A stretch of DNA of 64,000 nucleotides from Bradymonadia bacterium. GTDB taxonomy: Bacteria; Myxococcota_A; Bradymonadia; UBA7976; UBA1532. How positions within the stretch are numbered: position 1 is the stretch's first letter; each line of letters opens with the position of its first letter. The notes under the pieces are model-generated. The model searched no databases. It was given only the letters and a program-made list of their open reading frames with translations, and had not been told where the DNA came from. This document shows positions 10,722-19,574 of the stretch, in pieces. The position numbers and the translations under genes were made by a program. The stretch lies in assembly GCA_046290225.1 (NCBI GenBank), contig JBKAGE010000073.1, forward strand, positions 1 through 64,000, written 5' to 3'.

Positions 10722-13411
10722 TCGGGTCGGGGCAGCTTGAGACCCGCCTCGGGGTTGTGCACCACATCATCTTCGGCAGTGGTGGGATCGGTGGTGTAAG
10801 TGGCCACCTTGTGCACCACGGTGGCGTAGAGAGCCTCTTGCAGAGATTCGGGGGCGATGTCTGAGAACAGCGCCCGCAACACCTCTTCCACCTTGCCGGG
10901 CAGATCGCCCGACTTCACCAGCAACACGTCGAGCGTGCGACCGTCGCCTTCTACGGTGAGGCGCCGAATCATCGGGCGGATGTCGAGGGTGCGGCTGGTG
11001 CGACGGCCGCCCTTGAAGCGCTGCCGGGTCACGTGGATCATCCGCTGATCGAGGAACGTGGCCACCCGGGTCACCAGCTTGTGCCCGAGGGTAGAGGGCA
11101 GGGTGATGCGGTATCGATCGCCCTGCACGAGGGCCATGAGAGGGCGCTGCTTGCCCTCGAGCCAGTAGGCTTCGAGCACCACAACACCGTCAGGCAGGGT
11201 GTTGTTGAGCAGCTGGGTGAAGGCCTGGGGGTCCACCTCGTGGGTGAGCACCACGTCACACCAGTCGCCAGAGGTCTCCATGCCCACGGGCAGCGCCGAG
11301 GTGAACGACACCGCGGCGTGGGGGTGGTAGCCCTCGCTGTAGCGCATGGGCACGTGGGCCCGGCGCAGCGCCCTGATCATGACGTTGATCATCTCTTTGT
11401 GGCTCAAGAAGCGCAGCGGTCCGGTCCGTGAGAAACGGAAACGCACACGGCCCTCGGCCTTGGGCTCTTCCCAGCGAGGGGGCGGCTCGAGCTGCATGCC
11501 CTCTTCGGCCTTGGCCCCCTTGCGGCTCTTCTTGAGCATGCCGGTGCAGGCCCGCATCTCTTCTTTGATGACCCCACACTGATGGCACTTTGAAGCGGCG
11601 TTGCGGCAATCCTTGGCCCAGGCGTTGGCGATGGCCCGCTCGTAGTCGGCACGCAGCCAGCCCTTGGGGATCATCACGTGGATGTGGTCCCAGGGCAGTC
11701 GCTCGTCGAGGCCGCGGGCCCGCAGCTCGTGATCGGCGCTCATGCCCTGCTCGCTCTGCCAGCGCTCGATGGCACGCTGCCACGCATCGAGTTTGAGGTA
11801 CTCGTGCCAGCCGTCGAATCGGGCGCCCTCTTCCCATGCATAGAGCAGCAACCAGCCCGCGCGGCGATCGGCGCGGGTCACCAGGCCCTCGAGGTAGGTC
11901 TCCCAGGCGTTGTGCTTGCCGAACTTCACCCCGCCCTTGCCCTTGGGCAGGCGCTTCGCCAGCAGTGACTGGCGGCGCTCGGTCTCTTCGATGCCGATCT
12001 GCTCAGCCCATTGGAACGGCGTCTGGGGTTTGGGCACGAAGGTGCTCACCCCGAGGTTCACCCGGGTGCGGTTGCGAATCTTGCGACCCACCCTGAAGAC
12101 CTGAGTGGCGAGATCGCCGATGGCCTCGACGTCTTCGTCCTGCTCTGTGGGCTGGCCGATCATGAAGTAGAGCTTCACCGTGTCCCAGCCGTAGCTGTAG
12201 CACTGCCGGGACATCTCCAAGAGCTCTTCGGTGGGGATGAACTTGTTGATCACCGCCCGCATGCGATCGGTGGCGGCCTCAGGGGCAAAGGTGAGGCCGG
12301 TCTTGCGAATGCTCGACACGGTGTTGGCGAGATCGACGCTGAAGCTGTCGAGGCGAAGCGAGGGCAGTGACACTGCGATGTGATCTTCCCGGGCGAGCTC
12401 CACGCTCTGCTTCACCAGGTTCTTCACCTTCGAGTAGTCGCAGGTGGACAGCGACACGAGGCTGATCTCCTCGTAGCCGGTCTTCTCCATGACCTCTTGC
12501 TGCAGCTCGGCGAGCTTCTCCAGCGAGCGCTCGCGCACCGGGCGGGTCACCATACCTGCCTGGCAGAAGCGACAACCCTGAGTGCACCCGCGCAGAACCT
12601 CGAGCCCCACCCGGTCGTGCACCTGTTCGGTGTAGGGCACTAGGTAGTCGGTGGGGAAGGGGGTCTCGTCGAGATCCCGCACCAGCCGCTTGGTGATCCG
12701 GGGCCCGTCCACGGGGGGCACCATCACCCCCTCGGGGCTGATCTCCATGGGGTAGAGCGAGGGCACGTACATGCCCTCGATCTTCGACAACCGCTCGAGG
12801 ATCGCCTGGCGCCCGCCGCCATCAAGGACCGCCTGGGCCATTTCGAGGATGGCCTCTTCGCCGTCACCGACGACGAAGCAGTCGATGAACATGGCCAGGG
12901 GCTCAGGGTTGAAGACGCAAGGCCCACCGGCGATGACGATGGGGTGCTCGTCGCTACGATCAGCGGAGAGCACCGGCACACCACCGAGGTCGAGCATGTT
13001 CAGGATGTTGGTGTAGTTGAGCTCCCATTGCAGGGTGAAGCCCAGGATGTCGAAGCCCGAGAGGGGCGTGTGGCTCTCCAGAGAGGCCAGGGGCATGCCC
13101 CGCCGACGCAGCTCGGTCTCCATGTCGGGGTGGGGGGCGTACACGCGCTCCGCCCAGGCGGCCTCTTGCTGATTCAGGATGTGATACAGAATCTGGATGC
13201 CCAGGTTGCCCAGCCCCAGATCGTAGCTGTCCGGAAACGCCAGGCACGCCCTGAGGGCCACGGACTCGACATCTTTACGCACGCTGTTGAGCTCGTTGCC
13301 CAGGTATCGAGAGGGCTTCTCCACCCGAGGCAGGATCTCTGTTTCGAGCACATGACGGTAGAGTTCAGGATCACGTGCTGCAGGGTGCTCGGGGATGCTG
13401 TGGGGGGCCAT
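10682..13411 (-). CDS. TIGR03960-family B12-binding radical SAM protein fused to a TIGR03936/DUF2344 domain
   Basis: VEKPSRYLGNE and RGCTQGCRFC (CxxxCxxC). C-terminal RFLSH...YSEGYHPH...ALPVG. Confidence 0.92.
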   Translation of the reverse strand: MAPHSIPEHPAARDPELYRHVLETEILPRVEKPSRYLGNELNSVRKDVESVALRACLAFPDSYDLGLGNLGIQILYHILNQQEAAWAERVYAPHPDMETELRRRGMPLASLESHTPLSGFDILGFTLQWELNYTNILNMLDLGGVPVLSADRSDEHPIVIAGGPCVFNPEPLAMFIDCFVVGDGEEAILEMAQAVLDGGGRQAILERLSKIEGMYVPSLYPMEISPEGVMVPPVDGPRITKRLVRDLDETPFPTDYLVPYTEQVHDRVGLEVLRGCTQGCRFCQAGMVTRPVRERSLEKLAELQQEVMEKTGYEEISLVSLSTCDYSKVKNLVKQSVELAREDHIAVSLPSLRLDSFSVDLANTVSSIRKTGLTFAPEAATDRMRAVINKFIPTEELLEMSRQCYSYGWDTVKLYFMIGQPTEQDEDVEAIGDLATQVFRVGRKIRNRTRVNLGVSTFVPKPQTPFQWAEQIGIEETERRQSLLAKRLPKGKGGVKFGKHNAWETYLEGLVTRADRRAGWLLLYAWEEGARFDGWHEYLKLDAWQRAIERWQSEQGMSADHELRARGLDERLPWDHIHVMIPKGWLRADYERAIANAWAKDCRNAASKCHQCGVIKEEMRACTGMLKKSRKGAKAEEGMQLEPPPRWEEPKAEGRVRFRFSRTGPLRFLSHKEMINVMIRALRRAHVPMRYSEGYHPHAAVSFTSALPVGMETSGDWCDVVLTHEVDPQAFTQLLNNTLPDGVVVLEAYWLEGKQRPLMALVQGDRYRITLPSTLGHKLVTRVATFLDQRMIHVTRQRFKGGRRTSRTLDIRPMIRRLTVEGDGRTLDVLLVKSGDLPGKVEEVLRALFSDIAPESLQEALYATVVHKVATYTTDPTTAEDDVVHNPEAGLKLPRPDQSVSLPATVATR

Positions 13412-13531
13412 CAGGGTGCTCCACGAGAGAAACGCATTACAAACCGTGCATTTCTCGTCTGTATCATCATCGTGAACAAGAGGCGGATGATGAGGGATCA
13501 GCCCTCGGAACGCAAGGCAGCCCGTGAAGGG

Positions 13532-16500
13532 CTACACGGGGGGCAGGGTGTTGAGCTGTTTGAGCAGCTCCATGGTGGGAATCGTGTCCTTCGACACGGG
13601 CGGCCGCTGGGGCAGGCCGAGCAAGCGGTCCAGAGTGGCGATGAGCTTGTCCGGGTTGATGGGCTTGGTCAGGTGCTCGTCCATGCCAGCTGCGAGGCAT
13701 CGGTCTTTGTCACCAGCCACAGTGTTCGCCGTGAGGGCCACGATGGGCACGTGTTGCCCCTCTGGCTCCGAGCTGCGAATGCGTCCGGTGGCCTCGAAAC
13801 CGTCCATTTCTGGCATCTGGCAGTCCATCACGATCAGGTCGATGGGCTGCTCGGCGTACACGTCCAACGCCTCTCGACCATGCTTGGCCAGATGGCAGTT
13901 GAAGCCCGCGCGAATGAGCATTTCACGGGCCACGACGCGGTTTACTGCGTTGTCTTCCACCAACAAAATAGAGAGATCACCCCGTGTGCGCGTCGTCTGG
14001 GCGTCGAAGACAGGGAGATCTGTCATCGTCGCGGTGAGGTGCTCACCATCTGGCAGAGGCGCAGGCTGACGGAGGCTCTGCTCGATGCGACTGCGCAGCT
14101 GTGCCAGGGGCACGGGTTTATTGAGCAGGGCGAAGAGCCCGTGACGCGATCTGATCTTGGGGTTGAGGGTGTAATCCGCTGGGGCGAGCAGGATGATGGG
14201 CACGTGCGCAAAGCGAGGATCATCGTGCACCTTGGACGCCAACGTGAGGCCGCCGCCCACGAGATCCATGTCGACCACCATGCACGAGACCGGCTTCATC
14301 TCACCACTCGCCGCCTCCAACGCGGCGAAGGCGCGCTCGACGTCTGGCGCAGTGGTGGTGTCGAGCCCCCAGCTCTCGAGCTGCATCGACAGCAACTGAC
14401 GACTCACCCCAGATGCATCGGCGATGAGGATGTGGCGGCCATCGAAGGTGACCGGGGCATCGGTGGCCGTGGGATCCACCTGACCCAGGGGCACCCGTAG
14501 CCAGAAGACCGAACCTTGACCGGGCACGCTGTCCACGCCGAGCTGGCCCCGCATCAGCTGCGCGAGCTTTCGACACAACGCCAGCCCCAGACCTGCGCCG
14601 TCGAAGCGGCGCGCGTCGCCGGTCTCCACCTGGCAGAAGCTCTCGAAGAGCCAGGCCTCATGGTCGGCGTCGATGCCGATGCCCGTATCTCTCACCTCGA
14701 AACGAATCATCGAATTGTTCTGGGTGGCGGAGAGCAGCTCAGCCTTGAGGGTGATCGAGCCCTGTTCGGTGAACTTCACGGCGTTGTCCACGAGGTGAGC
14801 CAGAATCTGCGAGAGGCGTTGCACGTCTCCGATGACACGCTCGGGCAGGTTGCCGCCGATGTGGGTGTGCAGCTTGAGCTGCTTTTCGTCTGCCCGGGCG
14901 GTGAATCGGGCGGCGAGGCCTTCGATGGTGTCGATCAGCTCGAAGGGGGCCGGCGCCAGCTCGAGATGTCCGGCCTCGAGCTTCGAGTAGTCCATCAAAT
15001 CGCCGAGCAGATCCGAGAGGCTCTGAGCAGAGCTCTGGCACACCTTCACATAGCCATGCTGTTGAGCATCGAGGCCGCTGTGCTCCAGCAGATTGAGCGT
15101 GCCCATCACGCCATTGAGGGGGGTGCGCACTTCATGGCTCATGACCGCGAGCATCTCGCTCTTGGCAGCGCTCGCAGCCTCGGCCTGCTTCATGGCCAGC
15201 CGGGCTTCAGCGACGTCGTGCTCTGCGGTGACGTCTTCGACGGCGCCCTCGATCCACGCGAGCTGCCCCTCTGCCGAGCGTACGATGCGGGCGTTGAGGC
15301 GGCATCGCCTCGTGCCGAGCTTGAGCGTGCGCGCCATGAACTCATAGCCCTGAACCACCTCGTTGCCCACCAGCTGCTTCACCAGCGCGTGCCACGACTC
15401 TTCGTTCTCGAAGAGGTCGGAGGCCACATGCTCGATCCGCTCCATGCATGCCTGAGGGCTGGTATCACCGAGCATTTGGGCCAGGGCATCGTTGGCGTCG
15501 AGCAAGTGCCCTTCAGGGGCGATCTTCATGATGCCGCTGATGGCGTGATCGAAGAAGTTGCGGTAGTGCCGCTCCGCGGCCCGAGCATGTTGTGTCGCTT
15601 GCTCTCGAGCTTCGATCTCCTGGTGCACCCGGACGATGACCTCGTTGTACTGCGAGGCGAACTGCCCGGCGACAGTGTGCGGCTCTTCGTACACAGGCGC
15701 CGAGAACTGCCCAGACTGCTTGTGGTGTTGCATTTGGGTGAGCAGCTCGAGGATCGCGGTGCTGGCGCCGTGCTCCGAGATGTTGAGACCGATGAGCTCG
15801 TCCGCACGACTGACCCGCAGAGGCCAGCGGCGGTTGACGGTCCACATCACTGCATAGCTGACGCAGAAGGCCCATGCGCCACAGGCGAGCACGCCTTGAG
15901 CCTGCACCCAAATCTGACCGCCTCGGCTCAGCCCGGTGCCCAAAGCGTCGAGATCACCAAAGATACCCACGGCGAGGCTGCCCCAGATGCCTGCGGCGCC
16001 ATGGGCGGGAAATGCCCCGATGACGTCATCGATCTCGAGGCGAACGAGCAGTGCTGTGGCGCCATGGCAGACGGCAGCACCGATCATGCCGATGGCGAGG
16101 GCCTCAGGTCCCGAGACTGCGTGGCAGTTGGCGGTGATGGCCACGAGGCCACCGATGACACCATTGAAGACCTCAGGGACCTCGGGGCGGCCGTGTGCCC
16201 GCCAGCTCAAGAGGATGGAGAGGGTGCCACCTGCTGCCGCTGCAAGGGTGGTGTTGATGAGCACCTCGGGCACGCGCTCGGAGAAGTGCAGATCGCTGCC
16301 GCCATTGAATCCGAACCATCCAAACCACAACAACAACACGCCGAGGGCGGCCATGGGCAGGTTGTGCCCCTGAATGGGCTCGTCACGGTCGAAGCGCCCT
16401 ATCCGGGGGCCGATGATGATGGCGGCGGCGAGGGCCACCATGCCCCCGACAGTGTGCACCACAGTGGAGCCGGCAAAGTCGACGAAACCCGAGGTCTTCA

Positions 16501-16936
16501 GCCATCCACCGTCGGCCCAGGCCCAGTGTCCCGAGATGGGGTAGATGAAGGCCGATACGAGCACACTGATGATCAGATAGCTCGAGAATCGAGTCCGCTC
16601 GGCGACCGCACCACTGATGATGGTGGTGGCGGTGCCGCAGAAGACGATCTGGAACAAGAAAAACGCGTACGTGGCGGCCTCACTGCTGTTCTCGAGGCCC
16701 ATCCCCCCAGTGCCGATGAACCCGCCGGCGCTCTCGCCGAACATGAGCCCGAAGCCCACAAGCCAGAAGACGACGGTGGCGACACAGAGGTCGGCCATGT
16801 TCTTCATGGCCACGTTGATGCTGTTCTTGCTCCTCGACAGCCCGCTCTCGAGGCAGCAAAACCCACCCTGCATCAGCAGAGTGAGGGCTGCGCAGAGCAC
16901 GACCCAGAGCAGGTGGAACAAGGGATCGGAGATCAC
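13532..16936 (-). CDS. amt: Ammonium transporter fused to PAS, histidine kinase and two receiver domains (hybrid sensor kinase)
   Basis: Amt motifs DFAGSTVVH, WFGWFGFN and DDxxGAFPAHG. HisKA SHEVRTPLNG. HATPase NAVKFT/DTGIG/GAGLGL. REC VMDCQMP. Confidence 0.92.
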   Translation of the reverse strand: MISDPLFHLLWVVLCAALTLLMQGGFCCLESGLSRSKNSINVAMKNMADLCVATVVFWLVGFGLMFGESAGGFIGTGGMGLENSSEAATYAFFLFQIVFCGTATTIISGAVAERTRFSSYLIISVLVSAFIYPISGHWAWADGGWLKTSGFVDFAGSTVVHTVGGMVALAAAIIIGPRIGRFDRDEPIQGHNLPMAALGVLLLWFGWFGFNGGSDLHFSERVPEVLINTTLAAAAGGTLSILLSWRAHGRPEVPEVFNGVIGGLVAITANCHAVSGPEALAIGMIGAAVCHGATALLVRLEIDDVIGAFPAHGAAGIWGSLAVGIFGDLDALGTGLSRGGQIWVQAQGVLACGAWAFCVSYAVMWTVNRRWPLRVSRADELIGLNISEHGASTAILELLTQMQHHKQSGQFSAPVYEEPHTVAGQFASQYNEVIVRVHQEIEAREQATQHARAAERHYRNFFDHAISGIMKIAPEGHLLDANDALAQMLGDTSPQACMERIEHVASDLFENEESWHALVKQLVGNEVVQGYEFMARTLKLGTRRCRLNARIVRSAEGQLAWIEGAVEDVTAEHDVAEARLAMKQAEAASAAKSEMLAVMSHEVRTPLNGVMGTLNLLEHSGLDAQQHGYVKVCQSSAQSLSDLLGDLMDYSKLEAGHLELAPAPFELIDTIEGLAARFTARADEKQLKLHTHIGGNLPERVIGDVQRLSQILAHLVDNAVKFTEQGSITLKAELLSATQNNSMIRFEVRDTGIGIDADHEAWLFESFCQVETGDARRFDGAGLGLALCRKLAQLMRGQLGVDSVPGQGSVFWLRVPLGQVDPTATDAPVTFDGRHILIADASGVSRQLLSMQLESWGLDTTTAPDVERAFAALEAASGEMKPVSCMVVDMDLVGGGLTLASKVHDDPRFAHVPIILLAPADYTLNPKIRSRHGLFALLNKPVPLAQLRSRIEQSLRQPAPLPDGEHLTATMTDLPVFDAQTTRTRGDLSILLVEDNAVNRVVAREMLIRAGFNCHLAKHGREALDVYAEQPIDLIVMDCQMPEMDGFEATGRIRSSEPEGQHVPIVALTANTVAGDKDRCLAAGMDEHLTKPINPDKLIATLDRLLGLPQRPPVSKDTIPTMELLKQLNTLPPV

Positions 16937-17141
16937 AGCCGACCTTTCAGGACACGAAGGTACCTGTTCTCAATCGGCGCAACGGGTCAGGATCTTGTCA
17001 GGGGGGGTCTTGGGGGAATTCTATCTGATGGGCCGCTCTCAAGGCGGAGCCGGGGGCCATGACGCATCTTGGTCAGGAGGACGACTACGTGGTGTGCTGG
17101 TGGGTTCGAGGCGAGAGGCAGGCTGGGGGGAGAGGGCTGCT

Positions 17142-19379
17142 TTACTTGTAGATGGTGAAGGCCTCTTTACCGGAGTAGCTGGCGCCGTCTTTGCCCTCGA
17201 TGCCATAGGTGAAGTAGGCCTCTTTGATTTCACCGGAGACCGAGATGTCACCGGCTTTGATGGTGACGCTCTTGGTGATCTCGCTGAGCGAGGAATCGAA
17301 CTCGGAGAGCGGGATGGTCTTGGTTTCCCCTGCATCGGTGTAGAGCGTGACCGAAGGATCTTTGATCGAGGTGGTCGGATCGGGGTTGGATACGGGCATG
17401 TAGATCATCAGGTTGTCGATGAGGCAATCAGGACAGGTGCCAAGACCAGGCTGTGGTCCAACCCAGGGCTTGCTGGCAGGGGTTGGGTGCAACTCAGGCT
17501 GACAGTCATAACCAGGCGCATCCTCGGCGCTGCTCGAGTAGAGCAGGTCTCCCCCATCGCAACCAGAGCGGGTGGCCTCGCTCATCGAGTCCTCGTCGAA
17601 GGTGATCTCGGTGGTCTCTGACGCGTCGAGGTCATCGTAGAAATCGGCGAGCTCGCTGGAGTGGTCATTCACGAAGCCGTAGTCGGCACCTTCGCCCTCA
17701 CCGAGGGGAGCACAGGCGCTTTGCAGTGCAGCCAGCTCGACAGAGTCGCAGGCCACCGGGTTACGGGCGCAGGCACGCTCGATGGCGGAGCAGATGGCCA
17801 CGCGGCGGGGCTTGTTGCGCCCAAAGCGGCCACCAAACCGGGAAGAGACGATGATGTCTGCGTCGTCGAGGCTGTTGAGCTGCACACCCGTTCGATGCAG
17901 CAACTGATGCACGTCGTAGGGGGAGAGGGAGGCATCGATGGACCAGACTGCGGCTGCGGTCCCCGAGACTGCTGCTGCCGCAACGGACGAGCCGGTGTAG
18001 ATGCCCGAGGCGACTGGAGCGCCGATCCGGCCGGTGCCGTTGGGATCGTAGTCGTTTGCGGCGACCTGGTGGGCAGGGGCCATGAGCGGGGTCAGCGTGT
18101 CGGGGCGTGCATTGAACACAGGCTGATCTTCAGCGGTCAGGCCCGCCACCGGGTAGACCAGGGGGTCCATGTTGCCACCGAAGATGGGGCGGTTGTTCTC
18201 TTCCATGGCTTGGATACGGACAGCCACGCTGGGGAAGTCGTTCACACACGCGTCGACGTTCGGCGCGCGCTCAGTGCCCCAGCCAGCGGGGTAGAGCGGC
18301 CCGCTCTCTGGAGTGGAGCCAAACTCGGTGTTGCCTGCAGAGGCCACGACCATGGCGCCGTTGCACCGTGCGAAGCGAATGGCGTCGTACACCTCGCGTA
18401 CTGGGGGCGGCAGAGTGGCAGGGTTGCCGTTGGTGGGCCCCCCGTAGACATCCGACCACCCCACGCTCAGGTTGATGACCAGGCGGTGGTGGAAGGCGAT
18501 GCTGCCGTTGAAGCGGTTGTCGTGGTGCCAGCCAGCCACTGCGTTGTAGATGCCCTGAGCCAGCTCGGTCTGGTAGCCGAAGTAGCCACCATTGACGGGA
18601 TCGGCCTGGTGCACGTTCACCCGGGGCAAGCCGAGACGGGAGTCGATGAGGGTGGGGCAGCCTGTGTCCTTGCAGGCCAGCTGTCGCGAGATGAGCCCCA
18701 TGTCGCGGCCGTGCTCGTAGCGACCGTAAGACGGGCGGCCTCGATCGTAGTCCGTGACAGCAGTGTCCACGACGGAGATGCGGGTCAGGGTGTTCTGACC
18801 CTGATCGATGGGCATGATGTCTACATCGGACATCAACGCCTGGAAGTTACCTCGTAGATCGTCGAGGAGGACGTCGGCGACACGGGGCTCCGCCGTGGCC
18901 GCTGCAGGCCCGCCCTGCACACCCACTACATGGCAATCCGCGTGGAGCCACTCGGCGGTTTGAATGGGGTTTTGTTGAGTGCCCAGATTGGGCGCCGTGT
19001 TGATGGGCTGGTCGCCATTCCACTCGTACACACAAGCGTCGGCCATGGCACCAGGCAGAGCGCCGAGTGCGTCGTCATAGAGCGGAGCGACTGACCAGTT
19101 CTCGACGTAGTCCGGAGCGCCATAGGGCCGAGGGCAGCCCTGGTTTCGAGCGTTGTCGTATCGACCCACCCAACGATCGCCAGAGCACGCTTCGCTGGTA
19201 CCCAAAGGTTGCGAGGGCAGCTGGCTGCTTGCTGTGTTGACGGTGGCCGTCGGCGTACGGCTGAAGCTCAGGGACTGAGCTGAAGTGCCTACGACAGGAC
19301 CATTACCCTGAGCACCCCCACACGCAAAGATGCCGGTGGCGATGAAGGTGGTGATGAAGATGTGGTTGTGTTGCCTCAT
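17142..19379 (-). CDS. S8 (subtilisin-like) serine peptidase, probable lipoprotein
   Basis: Triad motifs VVDTA, YEHG and TGSSVAA, plus INLSVG and ASAGN. Lipobox IFA-C. Confidence 0.8.
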   Translation of the reverse strand: MRQHNHIFITTFIATGIFACGGAQGNGPVVGTSAQSLSFSRTPTATVNTASSQLPSQPLGTSEACSGDRWVGRYDNARNQGCPRPYGAPDYVENWSVAPLYDDALGALPGAMADACVYEWNGDQPINTAPNLGTQQNPIQTAEWLHADCHVVGVQGGPAAATAEPRVADVLLDDLRGNFQALMSDVDIMPIDQGQNTLTRISVVDTAVTDYDRGRPSYGRYEHGRDMGLISRQLACKDTGCPTLIDSRLGLPRVNVHQADPVNGGYFGYQTELAQGIYNAVAGWHHDNRFNGSIAFHHRLVINLSVGWSDVYGGPTNGNPATLPPPVREVYDAIRFARCNGAMVVASAGNTEFGSTPESGPLYPAGWGTERAPNVDACVNDFPSVAVRIQAMEENNRPIFGGNMDPLVYPVAGLTAEDQPVFNARPDTLTPLMAPAHQVAANDYDPNGTGRIGAPVASGIYTGSSVAAAAVSGTAAAVWSIDASLSPYDVHQLLHRTGVQLNSLDDADIIVSSRFGGRFGRNKPRRVAICSAIERACARNPVACDSVELAALQSACAPLGEGEGADYGFVNDHSSELADFYDDLDASETTEITFDEDSMSEATRSGCDGGDLLYSSSAEDAPGYDCQPELHPTPASKPWVGPQPGLGTCPDCLIDNLMIYMPVSNPDPTTSIKDPSVTLYTDAGETKTIPLSEFDSSLSEITKSVTIKAGDISVSGEIKEAYFTYGIEGKDGASYSGKEAFTIYK

Positions 19380-19574
19380 GATCTCTCCCCAGAGATGACT
19401 TCGGACGTCGCCAGACGAGTCAGGCGTTGCATCATTCAATGTGAAGCACATCTTTGAAATGTTGCAGTGCTTTTCAAGTCGGCTCCGCATGTGTCTGTAG
19501 AGGGTCTTCGCTGCTGTCCGAGATGTTCTGACATTCAACATCAAAGATTTTCCAATTTTTCTTCTGAATTGGCT

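Noticed and set aside
14516..17062. 848-aa plus-strand ORF
   Set aside because: Shadow of the Amt-kinase gene.
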